A stretch of DNA of 64,000 nt from an uncultured delta proteobacterium (GTDB taxonomy: Bacteria > Myxococcota_A > Polyangia > Polyangiales > B10-G4). The notes under the pieces were generated by a model. That model made no database searches. It worked only from the letters and a program-made list of their open reading frames with translations, and was not told the DNA's origin. Below, piece by piece: positions 50,348-59,721 of the stretch. A program made the translations under genes and the position numbers. The stretch spans positions 354,983 to 418,982 of the forward strand of contig CAVSGI010000027.1 in the NCBI GenBank assembly GCA_963727445.1, given 5' to 3'. Within the stretch, counting starts at the first letter, position 1. Each line of letters opens with the position of its first letter.

Positions 50348-52825
50348 TCACATGAGGCAGCGCGCCATCACCTCGGCGGACTCGTTGTTGGTGTCGTCGC
50401 ATTCCTGGAACGTCGGCATCGCCGGGTCGACGATGATCCGCGCCTGGAAGGTATCGGTCTCGTCGTATCCCGCGGCGGTCTGGCTGACGACCGCGGTCTG
50501 GCCGGGGAAGAGCGGCGTCATGGTGGACGCGCGACCAATCTCCACGTCCATCCCGCCAGTGGTGACGAAGAACCCGACCACCACGCCCTCGGGCAGGACC
50601 GCCGCGCCCAGGTTTCGCACAGCCGCGTCGAGGCGGATCGGCGACTCGCAGATGGCCGACAGGGTGACCGTGGCGTCCGGAGCGTCGAAGATGCCCTCGC
50701 CCTGGATGTTCTGTCGGAAGTTGTTCAGGAAGCCGACCGACCAGTTGTCGACCTGGTTCGTCGGGATGTCGCCGTAGGTGGAGGGCGGGCTGCACGCGTC
50801 GCCCCGGTCGCCGCAGATGTTGCTCACGCTGTAGGCGTGTTGATTCCACAGCGTGCGCGTGCCGACCCAGGAGTTGTCGCGGGCGCGCCAGACCTTGAGG
50901 CCGCGATAGGCCTGGTGGGCGCCGTCGGAGCCCACCCAGGCCGGGCGCCCGAAGTCCGCTGCGCCCATCGGCGCGGGAGACGTCCAGGGCGCCTCGTCGC
51001 AATGCCACCCCGACGACGAAGGGTTCGCTCCGTTGGCGACCATCACGATCTCGGCGCTTCCGTCGGCGTCCACGTCGGCGACGAGGCTGGCCTCGGTCGC
51101 GGTGAAGGAGGTGGTCGGCGTCGCGAAGCGCACCGCGCCGGTGGCGCCGTCGTAGACCCAGAGGAAGCACTCGTCGTTGTAGATGACCTCGGCCGCTCCG
51201 TCGCCTTCGAAGTCGAAGACCGTAGAGCCCGTGACCGAGGAGCTGAGGTCGTGGTTCGGCGAGGACCAGACGGTCTCGAGAGCCATGGACGTGTAGTTGG
51301 CGCGCACGACCTGATAGTTCTCGCGGAAGGCGACGCCGATCTCCGGGTGTCCGTCGCCATCGAAATCGGCGATGGTGGGCGGGCCGCCATTGCCGGGGGT
51401 GGTTCCGGTGGCGGCCACCGAGGCCATCACCTGGCTCCCATCGGCCGCGCTCAGGAGATAGATGCGTCCGTTGGCGACGAAGGCGACCTCCGGCGTCCCG
51501 TCGCCGTCGAAGTCCGCCGCGCCCGAGAAGCCCGTCGGGAGACTCGTGGTGTTCCAGAGAATGGAACCGTCGACATTGAAGGCGGTCCGCCCGGAGAGGA
51601 GCTCGAGCTCGGGGTCGGCGTCGAGGTTCACGAAGACGCTGATCGCCTGGTTGAAGCCGCGGCCCCAGTCCCCCGTCCCCTCCCACAGACGGGTCACGGT
51701 CGACCCATCGGTCGTGAAGACGGCCTGCCCATACGCGATCTCCGGGTTGCCGTCGTGGTCCGCGTCGGCGACCGACAAGCCTCCGCCCCAGCCAGTGCCG
51801 GTGTTCGACGCGAAGTTGGTGATCGGCATGTCGCTGACGGCGACGAGGGCGCCGGTGTGATCGACGATGTCCACGCGGCCGTCGGCGTCGATGACCACCA
51901 CCTCCATGTCTCCGTCGTGGTCGAGGTCCCCGATGGCCGGAGAGACGGCCGAGATGCCCGCGGAGGCCATCGACGGACGGCGCAGCGACCACATCTCGCG
52001 CCCCGTCGACCCGTCGAGGGCGCGGAGCACGCCCGTCTTGCAGGCGTTGACGCTCGGGTTGCTGCAGTACGACCCCTGGGCATCACCCGAGACGAAGATG
52101 ACGTTCGGCGGGTCGAGCTCGTTGACCACCCCGTCACAGTTGGTGTCGGTCACGCGGCCGACGGCTGGCGTCGACCACACGTCGAGGCGGCCGGTGAAGG
52201 ACTCCGCGGTGGTCGCGTCAAAGGCCCACTGCTCCACCGCGTCGAGCATCCCCGCCGCGGGCCGATACTCGCAGTCGCGGATGCAGATCTCCCCGGGCCC
52301 GGGCGTGCCGGACGCACAATGCGGAGGCAGGTCGAGGCATCGCCCGACGCTCGCGCCGCCGAGACAGACCCCACCGTCGGGAACGCCGCCGTCCATGGTC
52401 GGCCCTTCGCCGAGACCGCTCTCGCAGTACTGGCCGTCGGCGCAGTCGTCCGAGGAGGTGCAGATGTCTCCGGGCGTCACGCAGGCGTTGGCGAAGCAGG
52501 TCTCGCTCGTGGCGCAGCAGGCAGAGCCGCAGACCTGGTCCGCGCTCGGACAGCAGCTCCCGTCGACGCAGACTCCGCCTCCGCAGTCCGTGTCGTCGAC
52601 GCAAGCCGGGCCACCGGTGTCCGTTGCGCCATCCCGCGGCGGCACGCCGGTATCGCCGCCGGCGTCCGGCGTCGCCTCGCACATGCCATCGACGCAGCTC
52701 TGGCCGCTCTCGCAGTCGGCGCTCGTCTCGCACGCGCCGGTGGGCGTCTTGCCGTCGTTGCAGTCGCAGCCCGCGAGGAGGAGGACCGAGGTGAGAAGCG
52801 AAAGAGAACATCGACCAAGCCGCAT
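50348..52825 (-). CDS. FG-GAP-repeat lipoprotein with a Cys-rich N-terminus and CARDB-like C-terminus
   Basis: Lipobox LAGC; ADFDGDGTPEV-type repeats; ECDDTNNE. Confidence 0.85.
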   Translation of the reverse strand: MRLGRCSLSLLTSVLLLAGCDCNDGKTPTGACETSADCESGQSCVDGMCEATPDAGGDTGVPPRDGATDTGGPACVDDTDCGGGVCVDGSCCPSADQVCGSACCATSETCFANACVTPGDICTSSDDCADGQYCESGLGEGPTMDGGVPDGGVCLGGASVGRCLDLPPHCASGTPGPGEICIRDCEYRPAAGMLDAVEQWAFDATTAESFTGRLDVWSTPAVGRVTDTNCDGVVNELDPPNVIFVSGDAQGSYCSNPSVNACKTGVLRALDGSTGREMWSLRRPSMASAGISAVSPAIGDLDHDGDMEVVVIDADGRVDIVDHTGALVAVSDMPITNFASNTGTGWGGGLSVADADHDGNPEIAYGQAVFTTDGSTVTRLWEGTGDWGRGFNQAISVFVNLDADPELELLSGRTAFNVDGSILWNTTSLPTGFSGAADFDGDGTPEVAFVANGRIYLLSAADGSQVMASVAATGTTPGNGGPPTIADFDGDGHPEIGVAFRENYQVVRANYTSMALETVWSSPNHDLSSSVTGSTVFDFEGDGAAEVIYNDECFLWVYDGATGAVRFATPTTSFTATEASLVADVDADGSAEIVMVANGANPSSSGWHCDEAPWTSPAPMGAADFGRPAWVGSDGAHQAYRGLKVWRARDNSWVGTRTLWNQHAYSVSNICGDRGDACSPPSTYGDIPTNQVDNWSVGFLNNFRQNIQGEGIFDAPDATVTLSAICESPIRLDAAVRNLGAAVLPEGVVVGFFVTTGGMDVEIGRASTMTPLFPGQTAVVSQTAAGYDETDTFQARIIVDPAMPTFQECDDTNNESAEVMARCLM

Positions 52826-52917
52826 GATCGGATGATAGCGCAGCCCAGAAGACGACGCCTCGCCCGTCATCAGCGGGCGAGGCGTCGATTCGGAAGCGGG
52901 CCGGCTGGCCCGAGACC

Positions 52918-54213
52918 TCAGGGTGCGACGTGTCCGAGGGTCTCTTGCGTGCCGTTGATGAAGTAGAGGTTGTTGTCGGGTCCGACGGTGAGGCCCATGA
53001 TGCCGCTGGGGCCGGTGTCGATGCGGCCGAGCTCGGTCCCGTCCATGTCGAACGCGACGATCTCACCGTCGGAGGCGTCGCTCACGAAGATGCGGCCGTC
53101 GTGGATCGCCAGGCCGCTGGGCTGCGACAGGCCATGGGCGCTGCCGTCGACGAGCGTGGTCAGCGAGCCGCCCTCGACGCGGCGCTGATCGCTGCCGTCG
53201 TAGTTGGGGCTGATGGCCGTGCCCACCGTGCCGACGGTCGGATCGAGGACGGCGACGCGGCTGTTGCCTGTGTCGGCGATGTAGACGAGACCACCCTCGA
53301 CCTCGAGGTGCGACGCCACGTCGGGGACGTAGCTGACCTGGCCTTCGACGTAGCGGCGCACGATGCCGTCGGAGTGGTCGCTGCCGCCGTGCTCGTGCGG
53401 CGTCTGGAAGTCGTACATGGTGATCGACTGGTGCAGACCGTCGAAGACGAAGAAGACGTTGTCCTGGTAGTGCGCGATGCCGACGCCGTTGGGGCTGTTG
53501 TGCAGCATGTCGATGTGGCTCCGCCAGCCGGCGTCGAAGAGCGGGAGCTCGGTGTCGTGGAGGGTCGGGCCCATGAAGTCCCACGGGGTGGTGGGCTGGG
53601 TGATCTCGTCCTCCTCGTGAATGGTCGCCATGATGCCGCTGTCGCCGAAGGCGAGCCCCGCCGGCTTGGCGCAGAAGTGCTGTGAGCCGTCACCCGCGTG
53701 CTTGCTGATGGTCGGGCTCGAGCCGAAGAAGTCGTGGATGATGCTGATCGAGTGATCGCCGCGATTCGTGATGAAGAGCTGGTCCGTGTGCAGGTTGCTG
53801 AACTCGAGATCGCGCGGCTGGTTCAGGCCGTGCTCGGCCGTGGCGACGGTCTCGATCGCGGCTGCACCGAACTCGGGCACCGAGGAGGGATCGGGCGGCG
53901 GGCCCGCATCCGTCTGCGGCACGCTCGAGTCCTCTTCGGGCATCCCCGCGTCCTCGTCCGGCGTGCCGGCGTCATCGCCTGAGGTGCCCAGGCATACGGG
54001 CTCGTAGTTCGAGCAGCAATCGCCGTAGCGCGTGCATTCAGTGTCGCAGTAACAGGAGCCGACGCCTGCGCCACCGCAGCTCGATGGCGTGCACTCGCCA
54101 GGAGCGTCGGTCTTGCCGCCGCGGCCTCGTTCAGAAGGATCGCTCGCGTCGGTCGGCGCGCTGCACGCGGCGAAGATCACGAACGCCGGAAGGGTCAGAG
54201 TGAGATATCGCAA
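52918..54213 (-). CDS. Lipoprotein with a somatomedin-B-like domain and NHL-like beta-propeller
   Basis: AGGAG RBS before TTG; lipobox FAAC; CYCDTECTRYGDCCSNY; YIADTGNSRV and PSGLAI. Confidence 0.75.
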   Translation of the reverse strand: MRYLTLTLPAFVIFAACSAPTDASDPSERGRGGKTDAPGECTPSSCGGAGVGSCYCDTECTRYGDCCSNYEPVCLGTSGDDAGTPDEDAGMPEEDSSVPQTDAGPPPDPSSVPEFGAAAIETVATAEHGLNQPRDLEFSNLHTDQLFITNRGDHSISIIHDFFGSSPTISKHAGDGSQHFCAKPAGLAFGDSGIMATIHEEDEITQPTTPWDFMGPTLHDTELPLFDAGWRSHIDMLHNSPNGVGIAHYQDNVFFVFDGLHQSITMYDFQTPHEHGGSDHSDGIVRRYVEGQVSYVPDVASHLEVEGGLVYIADTGNSRVAVLDPTVGTVGTAISPNYDGSDQRRVEGGSLTTLVDGSAHGLSQPSGLAIHDGRIFVSDASDGEIVAFDMDGTELGRIDTGPSGIMGLTVGPDNNLYFINGTQETLGHVAP

Positions 54214-54356
54214 GTCAGGACTCCTTTGGCGGCGAGCCTCGAAGCAAGGCTCACGCCAGCATCTGCGCTCGGAGTTCCGCAACGAATTCGGCTGAGGCCG
54301 GCCAGCGCTCACGCCGATCCGCTGGCTACGTGCGTGGCCAGGCGAGTGCGCTATGA

Positions 54357-56003
54357 GTGGCCCCCATCGTGGCCCAACATCTCTCGACGAAGATCGCGCT
54401 CGCGCTTTTCGCGCTAGCACTCCTCGCCCCAAGCGCCGCGCTGGCCGATCCGCAGCCGGCCCTCGGCCCCGCGCCCGCCGACTTCGACCGGTCGACGGCT
54501 CGGCGCGCCATGCAGTCGTATCTGGTCGCCGAGCGCGCGGGCGACTCCGCCAGTGCGCGCTACGCGCTGGAGCTCTCCCACCTGTCAGCCACCGCGCAGC
54601 GCGAGGAGAGCAAACAGCTCGCCCGCGAGCTCAAGCAGGTGCTGGACGTCGTCTTCTGGGTCGAGCTCGACGAGATCCCCGACGAACCCGCCGACCACGC
54701 CGGCCAGCGCGTCGAAGTGGGCAAGCTGCCCCTGACAGGCGAGCTCGAAGTTCCCCTGGTGATGGAGTCGGTGCGCGACCGCGACGGACAGCTCGTCTGG
54801 GTCATCTCGGGGTCGGTGGTGACGAAGATCCCCGAGCTCTACGCGGTGCACGGCCCGAGCTGGGTCGAGGCCCTCTTCCCGAAGTGGATGAGCCAGGTGC
54901 GGGTCTGGGAGCTCGAGCTCTGGCAGCTCATCTCCCTGATCATCGCCCTGCTCGCCGCGATCGCCATCGGACGCATCCTGGCGGCGCTCCTTTTGCGAAT
55001 GAGCGCTTCGGTGGCGGAGCACACCACCACCAAGTGGGACGACTCTCTGGTCAAGATCCTTCGCGGCCCCACCCGTTTTCTCATCGGCGTCATCGCGGCC
55101 TGGTTGCTCGCCGAGCCGATCCGCCTCGCTGCGCCAGTGCAGTCGGTCCTCGACCACATCCTGCAAATCGCGTTGGTGGGCGCTTTGGCGTGGCTGGTGG
55201 TACGGCTGGTGCGCTTCGGCGGAGACATCATCCTCACCCGCGCTGAGGAAGGCGTCGCGCGCGACGAGGCGGAGGAGAACGAGGACGATTCCAACGCGGA
55301 GCTCCGGCTGCGAGGCCTGCGCACGCAGGTGTTGGTGCTCCGCCGCGTCATCTCCATCGTCGTCGGAATTCTCACCGCGGCCCTGGTGCTCGTGCAGTTC
55401 GACGTGGTGCGGACCGTGGGGCTGTCGCTCCTGGCCTCGGCCGGGATGGCCGGCATCGTCATCGGGCTCGCCGCGCAGAAATCCATCGCCACCCTCCTCG
55501 CGGGCATCCAGCTCTCCATCACCCAGCCCATCCGCCTCGGTGACACGGTCATCGTCGAGGGCGAGTGGGGGCAGATCGAGGAGATCAACCTCACCTACGT
55601 GGTCGTGAAGGTGTGGGACGAGCGCCGCCTGGTCGTGCCGATGTCGCGCTTCCTCGATCAGCCTTTCCAGAACTGGACCAAGGTCTCCCCACAGATCCTG
55701 GGCACCATCTTCTTCCACGCCGACTACACGTTGCCGATGGAGCGCGCCCGTGAGGAGCTCGACCGCATCGTGGTCGATCATCCCAAATGGGACGGTCGCG
55801 CGAAGGGCCTGTTGGTGACGGACGTCAAAGACCGCACCCTCGAGATACGCGCCTTGATCAGCGCCAAGAACGCTGGGGACCAGTGGGACCTTCGTTGCGA
55901 GGTGCGCGAAAAGATGATCGCGTGGCTCGGCGAATTCGAGGACGGGAAGTACCTGCCCAGGATGCGGCTCGTGGGGGAGGCGGGCGCGGCGGCTTCGGTT
56001 TGA
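54357..56003 (+). CDS. MscS-family mechanosensitive channel
   Basis: LLASAG..GIVIGLAAQ, PIRLGDTV, GQIEEINLTY and PFQNWT. Exact start uncertain. Confidence 0.9.
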   Translation: MAPIVAQHLSTKIALALFALALLAPSAALADPQPALGPAPADFDRSTARRAMQSYLVAERAGDSASARYALELSHLSATAQREESKQLARELKQVLDVVFWVELDEIPDEPADHAGQRVEVGKLPLTGELEVPLVMESVRDRDGQLVWVISGSVVTKIPELYAVHGPSWVEALFPKWMSQVRVWELELWQLISLIIALLAAIAIGRILAALLLRMSASVAEHTTTKWDDSLVKILRGPTRFLIGVIAAWLLAEPIRLAAPVQSVLDHILQIALVGALAWLVVRLVRFGGDIILTRAEEGVARDEAEENEDDSNAELRLRGLRTQVLVLRRVISIVVGILTAALVLVQFDVVRTVGLSLLASAGMAGIVIGLAAQKSIATLLAGIQLSITQPIRLGDTVIVEGEWGQIEEINLTYVVVKVWDERRLVVPMSRFLDQPFQNWTKVSPQILGTIFFHADYTLPMERAREELDRIVVDHPKWDGRAKGLLVTDVKDRTLEIRALISAKNAGDQWDLRCEVREKMIAWLGEFEDGKYLPRMRLVGEAGAAASV

Positions 56004-56021
56004 GAGGTCCCCGCGGCGGCG

Positions 56022-56549
56022 TCACTCGCGCGCGCGGAGTCGGTAGACCGCGAAGCCGGCGAGGAGCGCCGGCAGCGCGATGAACGCCTCGACCGAGAGG
56101 ATGTGAAGGCCGCGGGCGGTGAAGAAGGAGCGGATCCCGATGGGCGACACCGGGATGGGCTGCCAGGGGAAGAAGAAGCGCTGCCCCGAGAGCGGCGCGA
56201 GAAACGCGACGCCGAGCCCTCCGTCGGTGAAGGCGTCGAGGATGGAGTGCGACAGCATGGCGAGGAGCGTGGTCGCGTAGATGATGAGACGTGCGGGCGG
56301 CGCGTGGAGCCAGGCGATGAGCGCGGCTGCCGCCGCGTAGAAGAGCGGTGCGTGAAAGAGCCCGCGATGCCCCAGCATGTGGTGGTAGTCGACCCAGAGG
56401 AAGCTGATCACGTCGGCATCCGGCGCGACCGCGGTCGCCATCGACAAGAGCAGGAGCCGCCGGGTGCTCGTCCCCTTCGCCGCCGGGAGCGCCGCACAGG
56501 CGAAGCCGATGCCGGCGCCCACGACGGCATGGGTGAAGGCGGATGCCAT
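56022..56549 (-). CDS. YdjM-like membrane metal-dependent hydrolase
   Basis: MASAFTH, PDADV, GHRGLFHA and SHSILDAFTDGG. Confidence 0.88.
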   Translation of the reverse strand: MASAFTHAVVGAGIGFACAALPAAKGTSTRRLLLLSMATAVAPDADVISFLWVDYHHMLGHRGLFHAPLFYAAAAALIAWLHAPPARLIIYATTLLAMLSHSILDAFTDGGLGVAFLAPLSGQRFFFPWQPIPVSPIGIRSFFTARGLHILSVEAFIALPALLAGFAVYRLRARE

Positions 56550-56628
56550 GAGGGTGAGACGGTGAAAGGGTCGCGGTTGTTCCGGAGAGGGGGGGATCAT
56601 GGGCCGATTCCGCGCATGCGCGCCTCCG

Positions 56629-57196
56629 GCGAACCGCACTTCGACCCATCGTCCGATGGCCTCGACTTCGGTCCGCCTCCGCGAAGCGCTCTTCGACCCA
56701 TCGCACGGTGGCCTCGACTTCGGTCCGCCTCCGCGAACCGCTCTTCGACCCATCGCACGATGACCTCGACTTCGGTCCGCCCACGCGAACCGCTCTTCGA
56801 CCCATCGCACGGTGGCCTCGACTTCGGTCCGCCTCCGCGAAGCGCTCTTCGACCCATCGCACGGTGGCCTCGACTTCGGTCCGCCTCCGCGGACCGCTCT
56901 TCGACTCATCGCACGATGACCTCGACTTCGGTCCGCCCACGCGAACCGCTCTTCGACCCATCGCACGGTGGCCTCGACTTCGGTCCGCCTCCGCGAACCG
57001 CTCTTCGACCCATCGCACGATGGCCTCGACTTCGGTCCGCCTCCTCGAACCGCTCCTCGACCCATCGCACGGTGGCCTCGACTTCGGTCCGCCTCCGCGA
57101 ACCGCTCTTCGACCCATCGCACGATGACCTCGACTTCGGTCCGCCTCCGCGAACCGCTCTTCGACCCATCGCACGGTGGCCTCGACTTCGGTCCGC
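56629..57196. repeat. Tandem array A, about 11 copies of a 52-bp unit
   Basis: Consensus CCTCGACTTCGGTCCGCCTCCGCGAACCGCTCTTCGACCCATCGCACGGTGG, starting at 56660, 56712 ... 57180 with exact 52-bp period. Confidence 0.97.
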
Positions 57197-57276
57197 ACCG
57201 GGCCGCATTTGCGAACTGGGGAGCCCCAAAGCCGCGGCAGTGCGCAACGAGCGGTGGCCGCAACCGATAAGGTGCC

Positions 57277-58062
57277 ATGGCCGTCGCTCACATCAGCCTC
57301 AGTTCCGTCAATCGGATGCCGCTCTTCCCGACCGAAGGGGCGCGGCGACGAGCGATCCACGCGCTCGCGCGGGTCGTCGGCGGCATCGCGGCCCTGTTCT
57401 GCATCGTCGATGACCACGTGCATGTGGTCGGCGCGGGCGATGTCTTCCCGGGGATGGTGGCGCGCGGGCTCCACGCCTCCCTGGCGGTGCGGGCGCAGGC
57501 CCCTGTCAACCGACCCCACGTCAAACCGGTCGAGGACCGGAGCCATCTCATGAACCTCGTCCGGTATCTCTTGCTGCAGACGGACCACCACGAGCTCGAC
57601 GCGCACCCTGCGACCTGGTCGGGTTCAGCGTTTCAAGACCTCGTCGGGGCGCGGATGGTGCCGGGCATGAAAGCGCCGCTCTGGCGCTTGCTCCCTCGTC
57701 TTCGCCGAAGCGACCTCTTCGAGATCGTCGGATTGAACCCGGATCTCGCCCCACTCGAAAACGATCGCGTGAGATCGCTGGGCGCTTGGCGAATCACCAG
57801 CGCGGCCGCTTCCGCGCACGCGGCGCCACCCAATCTGAAAGGAAACTCGCCGGCGTCGGTCGCTGCGCGTCGCGCGGCCGTGCATCTCGCCTCCGCAAGC
57901 GGCCTGAGCGTCGACGAGATGGTGTGGGCGCTCGCCATGACGAAGGCCGGCGTCCGCCGATTGCGCCGACGTCCCGTGGACGCCGCAGCGCTGAGGGCCA
58001 CGCGACTCCGACTTGCCCTCGAGGAGATGGTGGTCGGCCAGGCGCTGCGCAAGACCGGCTGA
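57277..58062 (+). CDS. Divergent HUH/Y1 nuclease (REP-associated tyrosine transposase-like) with a C-terminal HTH-like region
   Basis: AHISLSSVNRMPLF resembles YHV..RG..R..IF; FCIVDDHVHVV carries H47-x-H49; LVRYL carries Y97; WSGS resembles WPWSS; tail ARRAAVHLA..GLSVDEMVWALAM. Confidence 0.75.
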   Translation: MAVAHISLSSVNRMPLFPTEGARRRAIHALARVVGGIAALFCIVDDHVHVVGAGDVFPGMVARGLHASLAVRAQAPVNRPHVKPVEDRSHLMNLVRYLLLQTDHHELDAHPATWSGSAFQDLVGARMVPGMKAPLWRLLPRLRRSDLFEIVGLNPDLAPLENDRVRSLGAWRITSAAASAHAAPPNLKGNSPASVAARRAAVHLASASGLSVDEMVWALAMTKAGVRRLRRRPVDAAALRATRLRLALEEMVVGQALRKTG

Positions 58063-58077
58063 GGCCGATGTCGCCGC

Positions 58078-59022
58078 GCCGACTTCGACCCACGCGAACC
58101 GTCCTCCAACCCCGACTTCGGCCCGCCCCCGCGAACCGCTCGCCGACCCATCGCGCGATGACCCCGACTTCGGCCCGCTCCCGCGAACCGCTCGCCTACC
58201 CATCGCACGATGACCCCGACTTCGGCCCGCTCCCGCGAACCGCTCGCCGACCCATCGCACCATGACCCCGACTTCGGCCCGCTCCCGCGAACCGCTCGCC
58301 TACCCATCGCACGATGACCCCGACTTCGGCCCGCTCCCGCGAACCGCTCGCCTACCCATCGCACGATGACCCCGACTTCGGCCCGCTCCCGCGAACCGCT
58401 CGCCGACCCATCGCACCATGACCCCGACTTCGGCCCGCTCCCGCGAACCGCTCTCCGACCCATCGCGCGATGACCCCGACTTCGGCCCGCTCCCGCGAAC
58501 CGCTCGCCGACCCATCGCACGATGACCCCGACTTCGGCCCGCCCCCGCGAACCGCTCGCCGACCCATCGCGCGATGACCCCGACTTCGGCCCGCCCCCGC
58601 GAACCGCTCGCCGACCCATCGCACGATGACCCCGACTTCGGCCCGCTCCCGCGAACCGCTCGCCGACCCATCGCACCATGACCCCGACTTCGGCCCGCTC
58701 CCGCGAACCGCTCGCCTACCCATCGCGCGGTGACCCCGACTTCGGCCCGCTCCCGCGAACCGCTCGCCTACCCATCGCGCGGTGACCCCGACTTCGGCCC
58801 GCTCCCGCGAACCGCTCGCCGACCCATCGCACCATGACCCCGACTTCGGCCCGCTCCCGCGAACCGCTCGCCTACCCATCGCACCATGACCCCGACTTCG
58901 GCCCGCTCCCGCGAACCGCTCGCCTACCCATCGCACGGTGACCCCGACTTCGGCCCGCTCCCGCGAACCGCTCGCCTACCCATCGCACGATGACCCCGAC
59001 TTCGGCCCGCTCGAACCGCTCT
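58078..59022. repeat. Tandem array B, about 18 copies of a 52-bp unit
   Basis: Consensus CCCCGACTTCGGCCCGCTCCCGCGAACCGCTCGCC(G/T)ACCCATCGCACGATGA, starting at 58110, 58162 ... 58994; both ends are degenerate. Confidence 0.97.
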
Positions 59023-59075
59023 CCGCGATCCCGCAGGTCCACGCGCGGGAAGAAAGGCCGACGGCTCCACTCACC

Positions 59076-59108
59076 AAAAGAAAAGCCGGCCGCTTTCGCG
59101 ACCGGCTT
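59076..59108 (-). terminator. Intrinsic terminator after tRNA-Glu
   Basis: Minus strand AAGCCGGTCGCGAAAGCGGCCGGCTT followed by TTCTTTT. Confidence 0.8.
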
Positions 59109-59111
59109 CGG

Positions 59112-59186
59112 TGGTGACCCCAAGGGGACTTGAACCCCTGTTTTCGGCGTGAGAGGCCGACGTCCTAACCACTAGACGATGGGGCC
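59112..59186 (-). tRNA. tRNA-Glu (CTC)
   Basis: GGCCCCATCGTCTAGTGGTTAGGACGTCGGCCT-CTC-ACGCCGAAAACAGGGGTTCAAGTCCCCTTGGGGTCACCA. Confidence 0.97.
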
Positions 59187-59194
59187 GGGTTGTT

Positions 59195-59269
59195 TGGCTC
59201 GGGGACTAGGATTCGAACCTAGATAACAAGAACCAGAAACTTGTGTCCTAACCGTTAGACGATCCCCGA
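59195..59269 (-). tRNA. tRNA-Gln (CTG)
   Basis: TCGGGGATCGTCTAACGGTTAGGACACAAGTTT-CTG-GTTCTTGTTATCTAGGTTCGAATCCTAGTCCCCGAGCCA. Confidence 0.95.
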
Positions 59270-59295
59270 ATGACGTCCCCGAGACGGGGGCTGGC

Positions 59296-59324
59296 TGTTT
59301 AACCCTCGGGACCTTGGCTGTCAA
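59296..59324 (-). promoter_or_regulatory. Sigma70-type promoter for the tRNA-Gln/tRNA-Glu pair
   Basis: TTGACA-N17-TAAACA on the minus strand; the -35 overlaps the upstream stop codon. Confidence 0.6.
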
Positions 59325-59713
59325 TCCGCTCGGCGGATCTTGCTCAGGACCCGGTCGTCGGGGGGCGGGAGGCGATAATTGCCGAGATCCGCGGGCGCGG
59401 CGAAGACGTGGTCGGCCACGCCCAGGTGCTGGACCTCACCCGAGACCAGACGGCAGCGGTAGAAAAGGAGCAGGACGTCCTTCTCCGGATAGCGGTGGAA
59501 GGTGACGTCGAGGATGTCCTCCACCGCCACCTCGACCCCACACTCCTCGCGGCACTCCCGCACCAGCGCCGCCTCGGGATCCTCGCCCTCCTCCACCTTG
59601 CCGCCCGGAAACTCCCAGAAGCCCGCCAGGTGAGCCCCCTTCATCCGGCGCGTCAACAGGACCTTTCCATCCACGTAGAGCACGGCCGCAGAGACGATGA
59701 TCGGCGCAGCCAT
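59321..59713 (-). CDS. MutT-like NUDIX hydrolase
   Basis: WEFPGGKVEEGEDPEAALVRECREECGV. Confidence 0.9.
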   Translation of the reverse strand: MAAPIIVSAAVLYVDGKVLLTRRMKGAHLAGFWEFPGGKVEEGEDPEAALVRECREECGVEVAVEDILDVTFHRYPEKDVLLLFYRCRLVSGEVQHLGVADHVFAAPADLGNYRLPPPDDRVLSKIRRAD

Positions 59714-59721
59714 CGCGCCTG

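Noticed and set aside
56629..59022. CRISPR arrays
   Set aside because: Units are contiguous near-identical 52-mers with no unique spacers, and no cas genes are in the window.
56550..59123. Repetitive ORFs across the arrays (e.g. RWVEERFAEADRSRGHRAMGRR)
   Set aside because: The 52-bp period is not a multiple of 3, so the same peptides cycle through all frames. The real hydrolase gene starts at 56549.
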